This document shows positions 27,890 through 41,154 of a stretch of DNA of 64,000 nucleotides, in pieces. Numbering within the stretch: position 1 is the stretch's first letter; every line of letters begins with the position of its first letter. Location: positions 1,573,983-1,637,982 of the forward strand of contig NW_002060948.1 of NCBI RefSeq assembly GCF_000150275.1, given 5' to 3'. Under the pieces are notes generated by a model. It made no database searches. It worked only from the letters and a program-made list of their open reading frames with translations, and was not told the DNA's origin. This stretch comes from Trichoplax adhaerens (taxonomy: Eukaryota > Animalia > Placozoa). A program made the translations under genes and the position numbers.

Positions 27890-28125
27890 AGCAGATTGCG
27901 ATCTTATTTTTTAATTTTACGTAAAGTACGACAGAAAATTTCTAGGACCTTTATCTATTAATTAATTACTATTTTAACACGTGTAATGAGTAAATGGAAT
28001 CAAATTCCTGTAATTAATGATTAAAAACTATGCAACTAATCTTTGGATTAAAATTTTAATATTACTTATTAACGGTACGTAACCATTGAATTACTTAATG
28101 ATAAGGGAAGACACTTAATCAAAGT

Positions 28126-31100
28126 TTAAACACCTATATCTCCCGTTGGCTTAACGACAACTTTGAGATAGATTGTATCGTTTAAAATGTAGTGACGAGC
28201 TTTTAACTGTTTATGCGAGGCCAACATAGATGAACCAAAGTAGGTAAAAGTATCATTTTTTGGCTTCATAAAAGCAGCTTGCTTGCGTTTCTTATCAGGA
28301 ATTAATGAAAAAGTGATGTTCTTACGATCATCAAAATTGATGTTTTGATCTATTAATTCGATGGTAACTTTACAGTGAAATGGCCATGCCAGGATATCAT
28401 CATATTCACTACGCATTAATTGTAAATAAACGGAGAGGTATTTGTTTTTACCAATGCCATTACCATTAGGAAAGATGACCAAGCTTAATTTATAACCATA
28501 TTTACCTACTGTGAAGGGATCACTATAAATTACAGAATGTTCTCGACACTTGCGAGCTAAATTGAATTGCTTGGAATACTCGGTAATATAATAGGTAAAG
28601 CTGTGCTCGTTTCGCTGCAGCACGTCCTGCAGTAGATTCTCTTGCTGATGAATGATCTCATCTTGTTTTTGTATTATCCTTTCCTGGTTTGCTATTTGAT
28701 CACGAAAAATAATCATATGTTGCAAATGATCTTTTTCCAAATGCTTCTCCATGTCGTGAACTTTTCCCTAAATTGACATAAAAACGATACTATGGTAAAC
28801 CCTACAGTATTAATTAATTATTATGTCATTTATTTAAGAGGCTCGGAAGGCTATGTAACTATGGAAAAAAATTACTTTTGATTTTATTCATGGTATGACT
28901 CGTAATTAATTTATGATTATCACATTATTTTATATGGTACCATTAATCGCAATATTTTAACTAAGTACTTTATAATTTCACCCAAAACCAAGAATGCCAC
29001 ATATAGGAGGTATATTAATAACGACAATATACACAAGCAATAATTATCATACTATTACTTGCAACGCATGTACTTTCGATGTAGCTTTTTAATATTGAAT
29101 TTTGCGTGAATTACTAATACTTGTGATAATTCGCCGTTAATGACTTTGCACTACGGCGTAATCATAGATTTAAATAAGTATTCTCTATCTATATAAATCA
29201 ATTTTAGCTATTACTATAAATATTATGACAATCATTGATATCATTTTGGGTCTTAAAACCAATCGTATTCATTTATTGGTATGCTATTGTAGAAGAAAAG
29301 TAATGCTTGATAAGCACAGACTAATGTGAAGAAAAATTCTTAAAAAATTGCGTTTCTAATATAACTAGCAATAAATACAAAAGACCCATCAACTATTTTG
29401 CTTTGCTACGAGTATAAATAATTGATATACTGCACATCTGCTACATTGTAATTTATAAAGTATTGTAGTATGTTATCCGGGAGCTAATGGAGTTGTATCA
29501 CGAATAAGAGTATATCCTTATATGTATTAGCTGGATTTATGGAAATCTTGCTACATTGACGACTATGATGCATTACAATTACAATTGTTATACGACATGT
29601 TTTAAATGGATATTGTTATCAATAATCATATAAATACCGCGACTATTAAGTTGAATTATTTATTAAATGATTAATGTATGGAAGTGTCGTACATTATTCA
29701 GACGATAGATATCAATTATCGAAATTTTCGATTTCGTTTGTTTTGTAAGCATTGAGTCGTAATATTTTTATATTGCTGTAAGTTAACGACGCTGAAAAAT
29801 TATATTTAAACAGTGTGTATACTGACACATTTTATTTTCTTATTAAGCATATTGAAATAATATGTCCTGTCAGCCATCTTTGTAATACAGTAATGCATTC
29901 TTGTTCTTACGCCTTGATATTATACGTAACAATAAGTTACGATATTAAATTGCACTGGGTTCATAATTAAAACTGACGTGTGCCAATTTATTCATTTATA
30001 TACAAATGATAAGCGAAAATAAATTAATTACGATATCCTATTTACCTTATAGGTACAACCTTCATCTGCAAATGGACAAAAAATGGGTTTAAACTTGCAG
30101 TCCTTACGAATGTGCCTATCGAACTAAGAAATATTGATCCGTGGATAAAGGTATAAACAGAGTTCATCATTATCTACAATATAACTTAAAAAAAATTATT
30201 TGAGTTAGCTATCGTATTAATAATAGACCGCTTCATACATATTTATAGCATAAAAATATGGAAAAAACTACTGGACAGTCATGGAGTAGTTCTACTTGCA
30301 TGAGATTAATCATATTATTTTAGATACTACTACCGGACTATATACAAATATTATGAAAAGTAATCTCAGATACCGATATTGTCGATATCTGGGCTATCAT
30401 TCTGTTACAAATATGTATACCTGTATGTCTCACCATATTTTGATGTCATAGTTAATTTGCTAATCATATGATCAAGAACAACAAAAGCCTGTATATATGA
30501 CTTATCCTTGCGGACTTACATCTATTCGAGCTATTTTCCCGCATTCATCGCTGTTTGGGCAAGACACCAAGTACATTTGGCAAGCGTTCCAATGAGACTA
30601 AATAATTTTATTGTAGAATAACTTGGTTAATGCTATACGTACAAAAATAGCTGTTTAAATTATATGCTCATCGGAATGAAATATATTTAATTAGAACTTG
30701 TAGTTAAAATTATTGGAATCGTTTTATGTGACATTGTAGCTTAAGATTGGAATGCTAATAATAGGAGAAGCTATACATTATTTATTATCATTGCAAGGAG
30801 AATATGCTGCTACGTACACGCACTTTCTATACTTTATACAGCATTTTGTTCATTATGGTATAGTAGGAGAAAATGTTATTGATTGTGCGATCACCTTTAA
30901 TTGATCATAATGGGTAGAGCATTTACAAAATTCGCAGAGAATTTCACGTTTACTGCAATTGGTAGAAATATGTTTTTCGATGTTTTGACGCTCTATCATT
31001 TCTTTGCAACCTTTAGGACAATCGATGATTTCAAATTGGCATTTCTTCAAGTGTTTCTATAAGTTCGATTGGAAACAAATGAAATTTAATTTTAAATTTT

Positions 31101-32164
31101 CACTCAGTAAAATTGCTAAAAGTATTAAAAGTGCCCGTAGATGGCAATAATTAACCAATGCTTTTCAGTCTGTTAGAATATTTCAAAGTCCCTCATACTT
31201 CCAGATCGTTTAATAAGCCAGTCCAATTGCAACCTTCTAAATGACGCTGGCAGCATACTTCAAAAGTTAAAATTTTTTGATGAATTGCTTCATCTTCTTC
31301 GACCTAGATGCATTAATTGTAAATAGACTATGGCGTAAGAAGTTATATAGCATTACAGAGATAGCCGTATTTATTTATTATAGTAATATGCTAGCATACA
31401 ATACAGATTATATTTAGAAGTGTTTTACTATGTTCTTAAATATTGCTATAATATCTTCAGTTCTCGAATATTCCTATTTGTAAATAGCTTAGCTTGGGGA
31501 GATTTATCCAGGTTTTACTTACATTTTCTATGCTAATATTAACTCCATCTATTGGACATTTGGGGTTAGACCTTTGAAAAGCGAATAATAGTAATAATAA
31601 AAACTGGTAAATGTAGTAGAACATTAAAAAAAACAGCATATCATGGAAAAGGTGGTATAGATTTTATTTGCAGTAATGTAAAGAAGAATATTTCAAAAGA
31701 ATATCACTAAAATTTCACTACAATTGTTAGAGGATTAACTCTTAGGTTCTTATCGGTTAAAATCTACGTTGTATCGTTTGGAAATTCATATATAAAATCT
31801 ATTCTAGTTCAGTGTAATAATTGAAATTGACGTATGTCACCAATCTTTATGAGATATTCAATTTAAACCAATAGTTAAAATGGTCAATTTTCAAATTTTA
31901 GGGGGGGGGGTTACTCCGTATTGGCTATAATAATTACTACTATTGTAGATAGCATGATACAACATACAAAATACTGAATGATAATTCTACTAGTTTCTCT
32001 TACTTTGATCGAAGCACTTCTTTTAAGCAGCCTGAGCATGTACGATGGCCACAAGTTTTAAACTGGAGAGGATAACACAAAACATTACCGCATACAATAC
32101 AGCGATATTTTTCGTCTACGTCGCATAGGAATTCCACATTATAACCATTGTTGTTATAAGCCAT
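28126..32164 (-). CDS. TNF receptor-associated factor (TRAF4/TRAF6-like) paralogue 2: RING, zinc fingers, coiled coil, MATH; 7 exons
   Basis: Exon 1 MAYNNNGYNVEFLCDVDEKYRCIVCGNVLCYPLQFKTCGHRTCSGCLKEVLRS, then SNPKCPIDG, KKCQFEIIDCPKGC..HISTNCSKREILCEFC, SHWNACQMYLVSCPNSDEC and HIRKDCKFKPIFCPFADEGC. MATH exon has SDPFTVGKYGYKL, FPNGNGIGKNKYLSVY, SEYDDILAWPF, YILNDT. Exon layout mirrors gene 1. Confidence 0.94.
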
Positions 32165-33654
32165 TTAATATCGCTACAATCACTGAATACTGCTATCCTA
32201 GTTTATTGCTTACTGTTATATTAAGGATTGACTCTTAAAATATTGGTAAAACAGTCTTTATTGCAGTACTATGAAAAAGCCGAAATTAGGTATGGCTACT
32301 TTTATGCGTTAAGGAAGATTATGGCCTATTGTTTCTTTTTTTCTGAAGTAAATTAAAATGCACATTATCCAGTGTTGGACCGTTGTTTGCATGTATAGAG
32401 CCACAGCTTACTATGATGTTTAAAGGAGCTCATGATATGAATTCTTAGAGATAAATAATTGTAAATGGTGAACAATAGCTGTTATGATCTATATCATTTT
32501 TCGATCTTTACAGTATAATTTACTATGCGGTAGTTTTATTACGCTTAAAATGTTATTACAATCATTATTATCGGTTTCCACTTCGGTTCATAATTAATTA
32601 ATGTCTTTTGAGATTATAACAAAGGAGATATTTATTACGCATAATAAAATAAGCATAGTCCACGAATTAAGTTTTTAACTAACTCTTTATTACAGTAATT
32701 GGTTACATCAAGTTTTTTAGCTTCTCACTTTAAGTATGATTATATTTTGCTCTTTCACACAAATGATATAATCATGAACGGCTCTTACAGAGTGTGACTA
32801 TTTGCAGTCAGTTGTGAGTTCACCTTTTACAGTGTTATTAAGCTTAAATATTGTAAGTACTGCAATTACTTTATTACTAGCTAATAAATAATAATATAAT
32901 TAATATATCTAACACTATATCTAACATAATAGAATCTATCATCTTGATTTAGATGAAATAGGGGTAGGACATCTGAAGTAAATACTGAGAGAGATAGTTG
33001 AATATTCATTATACACGATTGCATACTGCAAATATCGCAGTCCTTACACAATGCAGAACTGCGTCCTGATAATTGAATAAAGTTGTAGTATGGTAAGAAA
33101 TGAGTGAATAGGCAAGTCGGAATCATTTGTAATTGCAGCTTGCAGACAGTATGCAATGTACAAAAAAATTGGCAATTGCATTTACTACAGAAATTATGCT
33201 ATCTAAACTGTAGCTGATAGAGCTTGTTAAGATCAGCTAGAGTTGAGCATTTTCCGTGTAATGTAAGCGTACTTTCTCGACTAAACTGGTTGCGGATACT
33301 CTCAATGTGATTGGAGTTATACACTGTACTGCATTGTATTTATTACATTGTAGTAAGACAGTGAAAGCACCAAGTTACCAACACCCTAATCCCATGACGA
33401 TATCTTTAAAACATGTAGCTGAAAGAATTCTGTAAAATGACGTAATTTCTAATCGGATACTAATGAGAGTTGTATGAAATACTAATTTCTGAATCCGAAT
33501 GATATAATAAATTCTCTAAAATACGAAAGAGAGTGCAATTCTGAGGGCTAAATTTAGAGAAAGTATGCTGTGCTATGCTACTAGAGGCCAATCTGACGAA
33601 ATCCGGATAATATAAAGGAGGGTCTGAAAATGGTCTGATTACGAGGACTCCTGG

Positions 33655-34020
33655 AAAATTAGAGATAGAGGATTTTTTGTACTATGTCTGCATGATGAGA
33701 GAGCTCGTCGCTAATTAGAGATAGAAGGTTTTCTAGTACAGTGCTGTGACTGCATAACAAGAAGTCATCGAGAATTTAAGAAGAAGCTTTTCTTGTACTA
33801 TGTCTGCATGATGAGAGCTCGTCGATAATTAGAGATAGAAGGTTTTCTAGTACAGTGCTGTTTTTGCATAGCAAGAACTTATCGAGAATTTAAGAAGAAG
33901 CTTTTCTTGTACAATAAAGTACTGTGTCTGCATAACGAGAGCTCATGGAGAATTTAAGAAGGTTTTCTTGTACTGCCTCTGCATGACACGAGCTCATAGA
34001 GATAGAAGGTTTTCTTTTAC
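33655..34020. repeat. Degenerate minisatellite of ~55-60-bp monomers in alternating A/B dimers (~116-118 bp)
   Basis: Recurring tgtactatgtctgcatgatgagagctcgtcg..aattagagatagaaggttttctagtacagtgctg..tgcata..aagaa..atcgagaatttaagaagaagcttttcttgtac; about 6 monomers. Confidence 0.85.
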
Positions 34021-35197
34021 TTATCGACAGTATCGCGAAATAGTCTGGTTAGCAAACAAGTACAAGAAGCATGACGGAAGCTTAGAAATGTCAGAAGGTT
34101 TTGTTTTACCCTTTGATTGTAGGATTTGGCCGTAACATCAGTCCTTGGCCTTCTAAATGGGGATACTAAGTACAGTAGAGCATCCAACAGTAGAGGGAAA
34201 TAGTCTAGTTATACCATAAAGATATTTCTTGTATCTGTATGAACTATACAATATCAACAGTAAACAAGTACGCGAAAGATGATGAGAGCAGGAATGGGCA
34301 ATATCCAATATGTACAATGCAGTACTATGCGTTGTCCAGTTGATAGAGATATATTATTAAATAAAGACAACGTCCATTGAAAGAAAGACCGAGTCCTTGG
34401 TAGGGTCTCGTCTTGTCCATTTTCAGTTATCATTGCATTCTAACATAGCTACGATGACGAGCCAGACCCCTAACGGGTATTTACTGCTAATTCTGATAAT
34501 ACACTCTTTCTATTTATCTGCAGTATTTCTTTCTCGTCATTTCCATAGAGGTAAAAGGAGGTAAAAGGAATTTTTCCTTTTCGCGTTTTCCCTTTACCTA
34601 TTTTTGGAATGATTTACGATACTTCAGGTAGCCGAGTAAGTCGGGTAGCTGGATATCTCTTGTAAGGGTCTCTGGTGTGGATGGTCACCCCCCTCCAACC
34701 TTATAGTAAAGTCCTCTAACAATTACAGTAGTGTGATTATTTTCGATGGCGCCCTGAAAACATATAATTGTATAAGCTAAATCAGGCCCAAACTAGATCA
34801 ATTCTATATTTGGTTGTACCCTAATAACTCATATTGACATAGTACGTTCATGTTATCACGATAATCTATCTTCGGAGATATTCTTCTACGGGTATATAGA
34901 AATACTAAACAGGAATTTCAACGGAATACAACTTTGATTTTTGAACGAAGGGGAGACATCGAAAAAATCAGATTGTCCAGTACAGTGCACAGTACTACAC
35001 ACTGTAAAGATGTAGACTGTAGACTGTAAAGAGTCTACTGTGGTCTCATTGGTCAGCAGTTAATCTGGACTGCAAATGGTGGTTTAAATTTTTTACTCTT
35101 GTCGCGCAGGGACGTAAGCTAATATTCAGTTTGCAGTTGGGAGATTACCAGTACTCTAGAAGCTTCACAACTTGCAAGCTGTGTGATTATTATTTAG

Positions 35198-36430
<1,233 letters not shown>

Positions 36431-37786
36431 AAGATCGTCGCAGATTTATAAATAAATGATACTATGCTTATTTTAGCTCAAGTGAAGTAAAAGTGTGCTG
36501 AATTTTTGAATTAATCATAAATATATAATCTTGGCTTCTATTTCGCATATCCATTGTTATGATATGATACCATGTAATGTACATTTACTAATTTCGTATG
36601 TCACCTATTTCGCCATGTTAATAAATCTTCAAAGTAGACAGCTTCTGCATAGCTATAATGTACTGTACATTATGTAGTTTTATACGCTTGATGTAGCGTG
36701 TTATTGATAAATAAAGCTTCTGTTAAAAAAACATTTCATCAAAAAGGATTGTAGTTTGAAGATAGTTCTTCAACTAGGCGTTGGATTTTACATTCAGAAT
36801 GAAGGATTACCGTTTTTTATTTTGTATCTTCATGGCGTGAACTAAATTCGTTTATGGCGCTATATCTGAAGGAATAAGAGTACGAGTGTCAAGTTGTGGC
36901 TCAATGTAGATTCGTGGACCTGATAATATACCATGTAAACAGAATAAATGCTTTATTTATTTTTCATTTAATCTAAATACTCTTAATAAGAACTGATGAT
37001 GTGAACCTTACTTTAAGATCTCATCTCTACTATATCACTCCAATACAATATTGGCCGAACTATCTGAAATGGCCATGCACATTTTTGTATTACTATTATG
37101 TTATAGAACGGTAGCCGATATGTGTTTATAAAGCATGCTTGTAAATACATCAGGCATTGGGTAGATTATATTCAGTATGTGAATTACATTGTACGACGTA
37201 ATAATCCGTATACAGTATGTACAATCTTTTCAGTACTCTTCAGTGAAAAACTTAGAGGAGTCTCTGGTTATAGTGTGTATCCTTAGGAACCTCTGGCATA
37301 ACTGACTTAGCGACTTGAAATTAGGGAATTTTTTATAGAAAAAATTTTATCTTCTTGGTAACTTGTATCAGAAAGTACATGGCAAGTCTTCTTTCTTTTT
37401 TTTAGTAGTCTTTGCGTAAATGATCTTGCTTGGATATTGATCAATTAATTAATTATCAGATACTACGCAGTAGACACAGGATTTATAGTGTAAATATGTA
37501 GGATCTATTCGAAATCTTTTTGATAGTTTGTTTATATCATTTTGTTAGAATTTAGAATTTAATTCAGTTATGCTTGAAAAATAAACTGAGTTCGCCACAT
37601 AATGCAACAACTTTTACATAAAAAAGACGTTGTAAAAAGTATTGCAAGTTATTAATTTATAGTACTTTAGCTACACTATAACTGCAATACGATAGTGCAT
37701 ACAAATATAGTGAAAAAATCCCGTATTATAACAAAACACAATATTCGCTAGCGTCTATATTTTATATTACTCGTAAGTTGTCTTTG

Positions 37787-39895
37787 CTAGCTACGTAAGA
37801 CATCTTTAAGAGCGTTAACTAAATGTACAATGTCATCCATAACCGTATACACGTGAATGGAAAAGCGACAATAAAGTTTCTGTTGTATCAGTTTTATGCT
37901 AACTTCTATCCAATGCTTCTTATATAGATCATTTCTCAATTTCACTACTCCATCTTCAGTTAGATCGTATTTATGGTCTGGTAATTCGAATACACCCATA
38001 AATGGAGCAACCATATCTGGAGGAATTTGAAGCCGACGCGCTCCTTTCAGTTCGCGTTCTATGTAATTCATGGCCTCTTCTCGTAACTTCATATTGTAGT
38101 TTCGAATTTCGCTCTACGGAAGCAACAATAATTCATTCCTTAGTTCAGTTATATTGCAGACCAATCTTGAATATTAATCTAAGCTAGAAAGCAACTTATA
38201 CAGGCATACAGTACCCGGTAGGTGATATTCTCATGCGATTCGAGAAAATGATGTCAACCTTACATAACTAATAGTACGTTTGATAGGCATAGCACTGTAA
38301 TCTACAACTGGAATGTACATTTTATAGCAGCTAAATCAATGAGTATTAACTCTTGATTCCTATTAGCAGTCAGTAAATTGTGGACTGAAGTTTATATTTT
38401 GCCTTATTATTTATAAAATACATGAAAAGTACTCGTATGCAATGATATTGTACGGGTTACGGCTACTCACCAATCCTCCTAAGCTATGCAAGTAATCAAC
38501 TCCGGCACCGGCACAAATCTGGGAAGAATAATCCCTAGTACCTTGGCGATAAAAGTCCAGCTCAAATCCTTTATAACGATAATGGGAGACTATTAAAGAG
38601 TGTGTTTGTGATATAACGGTTGAATTAGCATAAAAGATAGCACAGCCACGCGGAGTAAATGCCCATTTGTGCATATTTCCTGTTAAAAGACAAGTTAAAC
38701 TGTGAATAAATAATAGCGCGAGATGCTTTCCGTAGTGTGAGATATTGTTAATTGTAAATACTACAACTATAATATAGCGATTCAAAATATGGGTAATAAT
38801 AAATTTAGCCCTAGATTATGATATTAATATCGTTGTGATCCAATTTTAGAAATAGTTGAAATATAGTAGAAGTGAACTAGGAGTCTCAAGTGAAACACAT
38901 GCATCCTCTAACAGTTATCCTTTAGCCAGTATAAAACAAACTCAACTCAACTATATCTTGAAGTTAGGTAAAAGTTATGACGCACAAGAAAGCAGTAATG
39001 TAGAATATAACATATCCTATGTTATTGCGGATACTATAAAATATTGTCAATGTGTACTTATACACTGTACGTGTAATAATTAATGCAACAAGTCCTAGCA
39101 CTGCCACTACTCTTAGGAGGATGTGGAGTAAACGTCCAAACCTGTAAAGTAGTCACACCCAAGTTCGTCAAGATGTAGTTCAATTTGACCTGGCGCATGA
39201 GCTCCATCAATAAAAGATATAATGTTTCTTTCTCTAGCCAATTTTATGATCGGTTTTATAGGCATTAGCATAGCAGTGGGGCTTACTATGTAATCTATGA
39301 TGGCAAATTTAATATCTGGATGCTCGTCAAACATTTGTCGGTAGCTGTTCACAATCTCTTGCGAATGACGAATGGGAAAAGTAAAATTGACAGAATATAC
39401 CTTACAACCCGTCTCTTCCGCTATTTGTTGAGCGGCATACTGCATGGAGGTATAGGTTAAGTTATTGATTAAGATACCATCATTAGGAGTAAAGTTGGTC
39501 GACCTAAGAGCTGTCATGACACCTGCTGTTGCATTTAGAACAAAAGTCAAATTGTTACTTGATGATCCAACTAGCTCTGCTACGCGAGCAATACTAGCTC
39601 GCCAATGATGAAGTACTTCATTTAAATTCCATTGGAAAGGATTTTTTTCTGCAATTTCTTCATATTTACTCTTCACTTTAAGTACCTGCCTTGGTACTCC
39701 ACCGTACGATCCATGATCCAATATAAACAAATGTTGGCTATAACAAAAGTCATTTTGACGGATTTCTTTACCAAATTTACTTTTGACGTCTGCTTGATCT
39801 TGTTCACCCCTTGATTTCATCAACGAATACAAAATATAGCCACCAGCAGCAGCAGATACTGCCAATGCTACATGAGATCGATCTATTTCTGACAT
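37787..39895 (-). CDS. PLP-dependent class V aminotransferase-fold C-S lyase (hercynylcysteine sulfoxide lyase Egt2 / L-cysteine desulfhydrase / CefD-like)
   Basis: Exons 39142-39895, 38471-38679 and 37787-38113 splice in frame. Motifs LDHGSYGGVP, FVLNATAGV, IDGAHAPGQIEL, DYFTGNMHKWAFTPRG (PLP lysine), QGTRDYS and RFSIHVY are present. Confidence 0.9.
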
Positions 39896-40164
39896 GATGA
39901 TTCCCTTCTACCTTCTTCGACACTGGATGCATCCAGCAATTGTGGCTAACGTGTCGATGGGGGTGTATGTTATATATGTTTCAGCCAACTTAAATGATTT
40001 TTCTTCTCTTTCTTTCTTTACCTCCTCCATAGGCAACACCCACGGCAGTACCAGTACCATACTGTACTGTACTGTACTGTACTGTACTGTACGTCACAGG
40101 CGCTACAAGCAATGTTTACAGTACGTTGTACTGTACTGTACTTACAGTACTGTAAGTTGTCCAC

Positions 40165-40995
40165 GAGTCATTTCCCTGTTGCTCGTCTTTTTAGTATGTC
40201 AGTGGTTAGTTTTAAACGCGAACGCCATCCACAATATGCTCCTTATTGTCATTGCAATATACAGTATTGACCATTATTGAGAGATACAATACGTGATTTT
40301 AAAGGCCTGGACTCCACCACTTCATCATAGGATTTTTCGTAGACTTGGCTGAAACTGCTCTTGACACAGTATGTATTACTATGAGTGAAGCAACAGCTTA
40401 GAACAACTGCAGGCTGCAGCGACACTGAGTGTACTGTACTGTACAAGTGTACTGTACAATACAGGTACAGACTACAGAGTCCTAACTGCACAAGGACCAA
40501 CGTGCTTACAGTCCAAGACTGAATGACTGACCTACAGTACAGTACTGTACTGTACTGTACTATACACTGTACAGCATAGTACTGTAACTCTGTAAGTAGT
40601 ACTGTACTAGTCCACGCGAGTCATTTCCCTGCTGCTCGTCTTTATAGTACAGTATGTCAGTGGTTAGTTTTAACCGCGAACGTCATCCTCAATATGCTCC
40701 TTACTGTCATTGCAATATACAGTATTGACTATTATTGAGAGATACCATACATGATTTTAAAGGCCTGAACCCAACCACTTCATCATAGGATTTTTCGTAG
40801 ACTTTGCTGAAACTGCTCTTTACACAGTATATATTATAGTACACTATGAGTGAAGCAATAGCTAAGAACAACTGCAGGCTGCAGCGACACTGAGTGCACA
40901 GTACAGACTACAGAGTCCTAACTTCACAAGGACCAAGGTGCTCGTAAGCACCCCTACTGTACAGTATTTGACTGTGTCCAAGACTGAATGGCTGA
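40165..40995. repeat. Direct duplication of a ~370-bp unit, interspersed with (TACTG)n tracts, in the bidirectional promoter between the lyase and C1QBP
   Basis: gagtcatttccctg..gtcagtggttagtttt..cttcatcataggatttttcgtagact..ctgcaggctgcagcgacactgagtg..gtccaagactgaatg occurs at about 40165-40530 and 40618-40995. Confidence 0.9.
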
Positions 40996-41154
40996 GCTAA
41001 ATATTCATACTACAGTACAATACTGTAGAAAGACCTTTTGGTACTGTAGACTTTGTACTGTACAGTAAGATATACTGTACTGTAATACTGTACTGTAGAC
41101 AAGTTCAACACGCACTTGCCAAAGCTCTGATGAGAATTGCTGCACGCCGGAAAA

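Noticed and set aside
39917-39957. Possible iron-responsive element (CAGUGU) in the lyase 5' UTR
   Set aside because: The bases flanking CAGUGU do not form the 5-bp upper stem with a bulged C; only a palindrome (CTGGATGCATCCAG) and a 7-bp outer stem are present.
39894-40500. ORFs of 128 aa (+) and 83 aa (-) in the lyase/C1QBP intergenic region
   Set aside because: They run through (TACTG)n tracts and the duplicated unit; no recognisable protein.
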